Below the pieces are notes generated by a model that worked only from the letters and a program-made list of their open reading frames with translations, was not told where the DNA came from and made no database searches. A stretch of 64,000 nucleotides of DNA from an uncultured Gemmatimonadales bacterium (GTDB taxonomy: Bacteria; Gemmatimonadota; Gemmatimonadetes; Gemmatimonadales; GWC2-71-9), in the NCBI GenBank assembly GCA_963779755.1, contig CAVZZO010000001.1, positions 1,856,001 to 1,920,000 of the forward strand, written 5' to 3'. The stretch's first letter is position 1. Every line of letters starts with the position of its first letter. Position numbers and translations under genes: made by a program. Shown piece after piece: positions 61,280 through 64,000 of the stretch.

Positions 61280-61717
61280 ATGCGCATAGCGGTGCTGAAC
61301 GGTCCCAATCTGAATCTGCTGGGCAGCCGCGAGCCGGAGGTGTACGGCACCGCCACCCTGGACGACATCGAACGGCTGCTGCGGGCGGAGGCTGGGCGGC
61401 TCGATGTGGCGCTCGACTGGGAGCAAAGCAATCATGAGGGCGCGCTGGTGGAGCGGGTCCAGGCGCTGGCCGGCCAGGCCGACGGCCTGCTGCTCAATGC
61501 GGCGGCGCTGACCCATACCAGTCTGGCCCTGCGGGACGCCCTGCTGGCGGTCCGGATTCCCTTCGTCGAAGTGCACCTCTCCAACATCTTTGCCCGTGAG
61601 CCGGAACGCCGCCGGAGTCTGCTCGCCGATCTGGCGGTGGGGATCGTGGCCGGGTTCGGGCCCCGGAGCTATCTCCTGGGGCTGCAGGGGCTGGTGATGC
61701 ATCTCCGTGCCGGCTGA
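61280..61717 (+). CDS. aroQ: Type II 3-dehydroquinate dehydratase
   Basis: [38 protein letters not shown]. Confidence 0.97.
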   Translation: MRIAVLNGPNLNLLGSREPEVYGTATLDDIERLLRAEAGRLDVALDWEQSNHEGALVERVQALAGQADGLLLNAAALTHTSLALRDALLAVRIPFVEVHLSNIFAREPERRRSLLADLAVGIVAGFGPRSYLLGLQGLVMHLRAG

Positions 61718-62801
61718 CCGGCGCGCGGAACGGCAGCAGGCCCTGCGGACGCTCCTCGAAGCGGAGGGGCTGGACGCGCTCCTGGTGCAGTCGCTGCCCA
61801 ACATCCGGGCGCTGACCGGCTTCACCGGATCGGCCGGGCTGCTGCTGGTGCGGTCCAGCGGGCTGGTGCTGGTCACCGATTTCCGCTATGCCGCCCAGGC
61901 GCCGCGAGAGGTGGGGCCGGCCGCGCAGATCGAGACCGATCGGGTAAGCCCGTGGCACCTGCTGCTGCGGCTGCTGGCCGATGCGCCGCCCGAGTGCCTC
62001 GGCTATGAAGCGCCGGTGCTCTCGGCGGCCGACCTGGGCCGCCTGGAAGGGGCGCGGCTCCCGCTGCGGCCGACCACCGACCTGGTGGAGCGGCTGCGCG
62101 CGGCCAAATTTCCGGAGGAGGTCGCCGCCATCCGGGCCGCGGCGGCGCTGGCGCAGGAGGCGCTGGCGGAGTTTGTGGCCACGGTGCGCGTGGGCCAGAC
62201 GGAGTTCGCGCTCGCGGCCAGCCTGGAGGCTGCCCTGCGGCGCCGGGGCAGCGAATGGCATCCGTTTCCCACCATCGTTGCCGGCGGGCCGCGCTCGGCG
62301 CTGCCGCATGCCGGGACCAGCGCCCGGCCGGTGGGCCGGGGCGAGTTGCTGCTGGTGGACTTCGGTGCCCGGGTGGACGGTTACTGTTCCGATCTCACCC
62401 GGACGTTCGTGGTGGGGGCACGGGCCGATGAGCGGCAGCGGGCGGTGTATGCTATTGTCGAGGCGGCCCAGCGTCGGGCCCGCGCGGGCGTGCGGGCGGG
62501 CCAGACCGGCCGGGAGGCCGATGCCCTGGCCCGCGACGTCATTGCGGAGCACGGATTCGGCGATGCTTTCGGCCACTCCCTGGGCCACGGTATCGGGCTG
62601 GAAGTGCATGAGGCGCCACGGCTTTCGCCGCTGGCCGAGGAGCCCCTGCCGGCCCACGCGGTGGTCACGGTGGAGCCGGGTCTGTATTTTCCGGGCTGGG
62701 GCGGGGTGCGGCTCGAAGACGACCTCTACCTGCACCCGGACGGAACCCAACTCCTTTCGGACGGGCGGACCGGTCTGGTAGAATTGGATGTTCCCGACTG
62801 A
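61707..62801 (+). CDS. Xaa-Pro aminopeptidase (M24)
   Basis: LTGFTGS, TDFRY, ALPH, DFGA...[25 protein letters not shown]...GGVRLED. Confidence 0.93.
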   Translation: MPADRRAERQQALRTLLEAEGLDALLVQSLPNIRALTGFTGSAGLLLVRSSGLVLVTDFRYAAQAPREVGPAAQIETDRVSPWHLLLRLLADAPPECLGYEAPVLSAADLGRLEGARLPLRPTTDLVERLRAAKFPEEVAAIRAAAALAQEALAEFVATVRVGQTEFALAASLEAALRRRGSEWHPFPTIVAGGPRSALPHAGTSARPVGRGELLLVDFGARVDGYCSDLTRTFVVGARADERQRAVYAIVEAAQRRARAGVRAGQTGREADALARDVIAEHGFGDAFGHSLGHGIGLEVHEAPRLSPLAEEPLPAHAVVTVEPGLYFPGWGGVRLEDDLYLHPDGTQLLSDGRTGLVELDVPD

Positions 62802-62843
62802 CACCCGAGCCGGACTCGACCATTCCCACTGATCCCGGTGGCC

Positions 62844-63326
62844 ATGAATATCTCTGAGATCGAACGCCTGGCGCGGCTGCTCCAGTCCATGCCCGAGATC
62901 GGGTCCATCGAGGTGCGGGGCTGGTTCGGCCGTGGCGTCGTGGTCACCCGTAACGGGGCCGGCGGCGGCATGGTGCATTACGCCCCGGCGCCGGCGCACG
63001 GCGGCTTTCCCGCCGCGCCGCCCCCGGCGCCGGCCCCGGAGGCACGCGAGGCGCCGGCCGCCCCGGAGCCCCCGCCCAGCACCCTGCGGGAAATCAAGTC
63101 GCCCATGGTAGGCACGTTCTACAAGGCGCCGGAGCCGGGCGCCGAGCCGTATGTCAAATCGGGTAGCCGGGTGGCGGTGGGGCAGACCGTCTGCATCATC
63201 GAGGCGATGAAAATCATGAACGAGATCGAAGCGGAAGTGGGCGGGCTGGTCCGCGAGATCTGCGTGGAAGACGGCCAGCCGGTGGAGTTCGGCACCGTTC
63301 TCTACCGGGTGGATCCCAATGGCTGA
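62844..63326 (+). CDS. accB: Acetyl-CoA carboxylase biotin carboxyl carrier protein
   Basis: IKSPMVGTFY, IIEAMKIMNEI (biotin Lys), Pro/Ala linker. Confidence 0.95.
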   Translation: MNISEIERLARLLQSMPEIGSIEVRGWFGRGVVVTRNGAGGGMVHYAPAPAHGGFPAAPPPAPAPEAREAPAAPEPPPSTLREIKSPMVGTFYKAPEPGAEPYVKSGSRVAVGQTVCIIEAMKIMNEIEAEVGGLVREICVEDGQPVEFGTVLYRVDPNG

Positions 63327-64000
63327 TACCGCCGCCGGGCCGGCGGCGGCCCCGTTCAATTTCAAGCAGGCCATTTCGCAGATGGTCCAGCGCAACGGCT
63401 CGGACCTGCTGCTCAAGGTGGGCCGCTCGCCCAGCATCCGGGTGAACGGCGAGCTGACCAGCCTGGACATGCAGCCGCTCAAGCCGGAGGAGCTGAAGCT
63501 CCTGGCCGAGCAGATCATGACGCCGCGCCAGGTAAAGGAATTCTCGGAAAAGAAGGAAGCCGATTTCGCCATCGGCGTCCCCGGCGTGGGCCGCTTCCGC
63601 ACCAACATCTACCAGCAGCGGGGCACCCTGGCTTTTGCCTTCCGGGCCATTCCCTACGAGGTGAAGACCGTTCGGGAGCTGCACCTGCCCGAGGTGCTGG
63701 AGGAGATCTCCCTGCGCCCGCGCGGGCTGGTCCTGGTGACGGGGGTGACCGGCTCGGGCAAGAGCACCTCGCTGGCGGCGATGATCAACCACGTGAACCA
63801 GCATCGCCGGGTCAACATCATCACCATCGAGGATCCGATCGAGTTCCTGCATCGCGACGTGCACGCGAACATCTCGCAGCGCGAGGTAGGGAGCGACACG
63901 CTGTCGTTCGCGTCCGCGCTGCGGCACGTGTTGCGGCAGGACCCCGATGTCATCCTCATCGGCGAAGTGCGCGACATGGAAACGCTGGACACCGCGCTCA
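63319..64000 (+). CDS. pilT: Type IV pilus retraction ATPase PilT/PilU, N-terminal part (runs off window end)
   Basis: From ATG 63319: SDLLLKVG..P.IRVNG, GRFRTN.YQQRG, Walker A GVTGSGKST, TIEDPIEF, QREVG.DT, LRQDPDVILIGEVRD. Confidence 0.92.
   Translation, partial: MADTAAGPAAAPFNFKQAISQMVQRNGSDLLLKVGRSPSIRVNGELTSLDMQPLKPEELKLLAEQIMTPRQVKEFSEKKEADFAIGVPGVGRFRTNIYQQRGTLAFAFRAIPYEVKTVRELHLPEVLEEISLRPRGLVLVTGVTGSGKSTSLAAMINHVNQHRRVNIITIEDPIEFLHRDVHANISQREVGSDTLSFASALRHVLRQDPDVILIGEVRDMETLDTAL

Overview
High-GC (roughly 70% by eye) chromosomal segment of a diderm bacterium. Gene content and order suggest Gemmatimonadota/FCB group (inference only). Almost all genes are on the + strand. In order: end of the alpha operon (rpsD'-rpoA-rplQ); rpmB; a nucleotide-sugar cluster (gmd, rmd-like, WbpD/E/A-like, ugd, uxs, epimerase) with carB embedded; TPR-TPR-bamD-nadD-secA; a complete 10-gene heme operon of the coproporphyrin-dependent type (hemA-C-D-B-chdC-hemE-cpfC-cgoX-hemL plus a radical SAM/SPASM enzyme); radC-spoT-EVE-uvrB-tsaE-tsaB-rimI-ssb; a LysM protein; tolQRAB-pal-cpoB; hutH; two large acidic TPR proteins; a polyprenyl synthase; tatA; a PpiD/SurA-like foldase; aroQ-pepP-accB and a partial pilT. 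I saw no tRNA, rRNA, CRISPR array, transposase or prophage. Most notable: (1) one 1193-aa ORF joins a complete TatC to an LptD-like outer-membrane protein through an internal, apparently SPase I-cleavable signal peptide, a candidate bacterial polyprotein; (2) a dispersed family of 7-9-nt tandem-repeat elements, mostly inverted, uses different units at different gene junctions and even lies inside carB; (3) two perfect loopless GCATGC-centred REP-like palindromes; (4) a monoderm-style heme pathway with a possible second, O2-independent final enzyme. Product calls come from motif recognition by eye; no searches were run.
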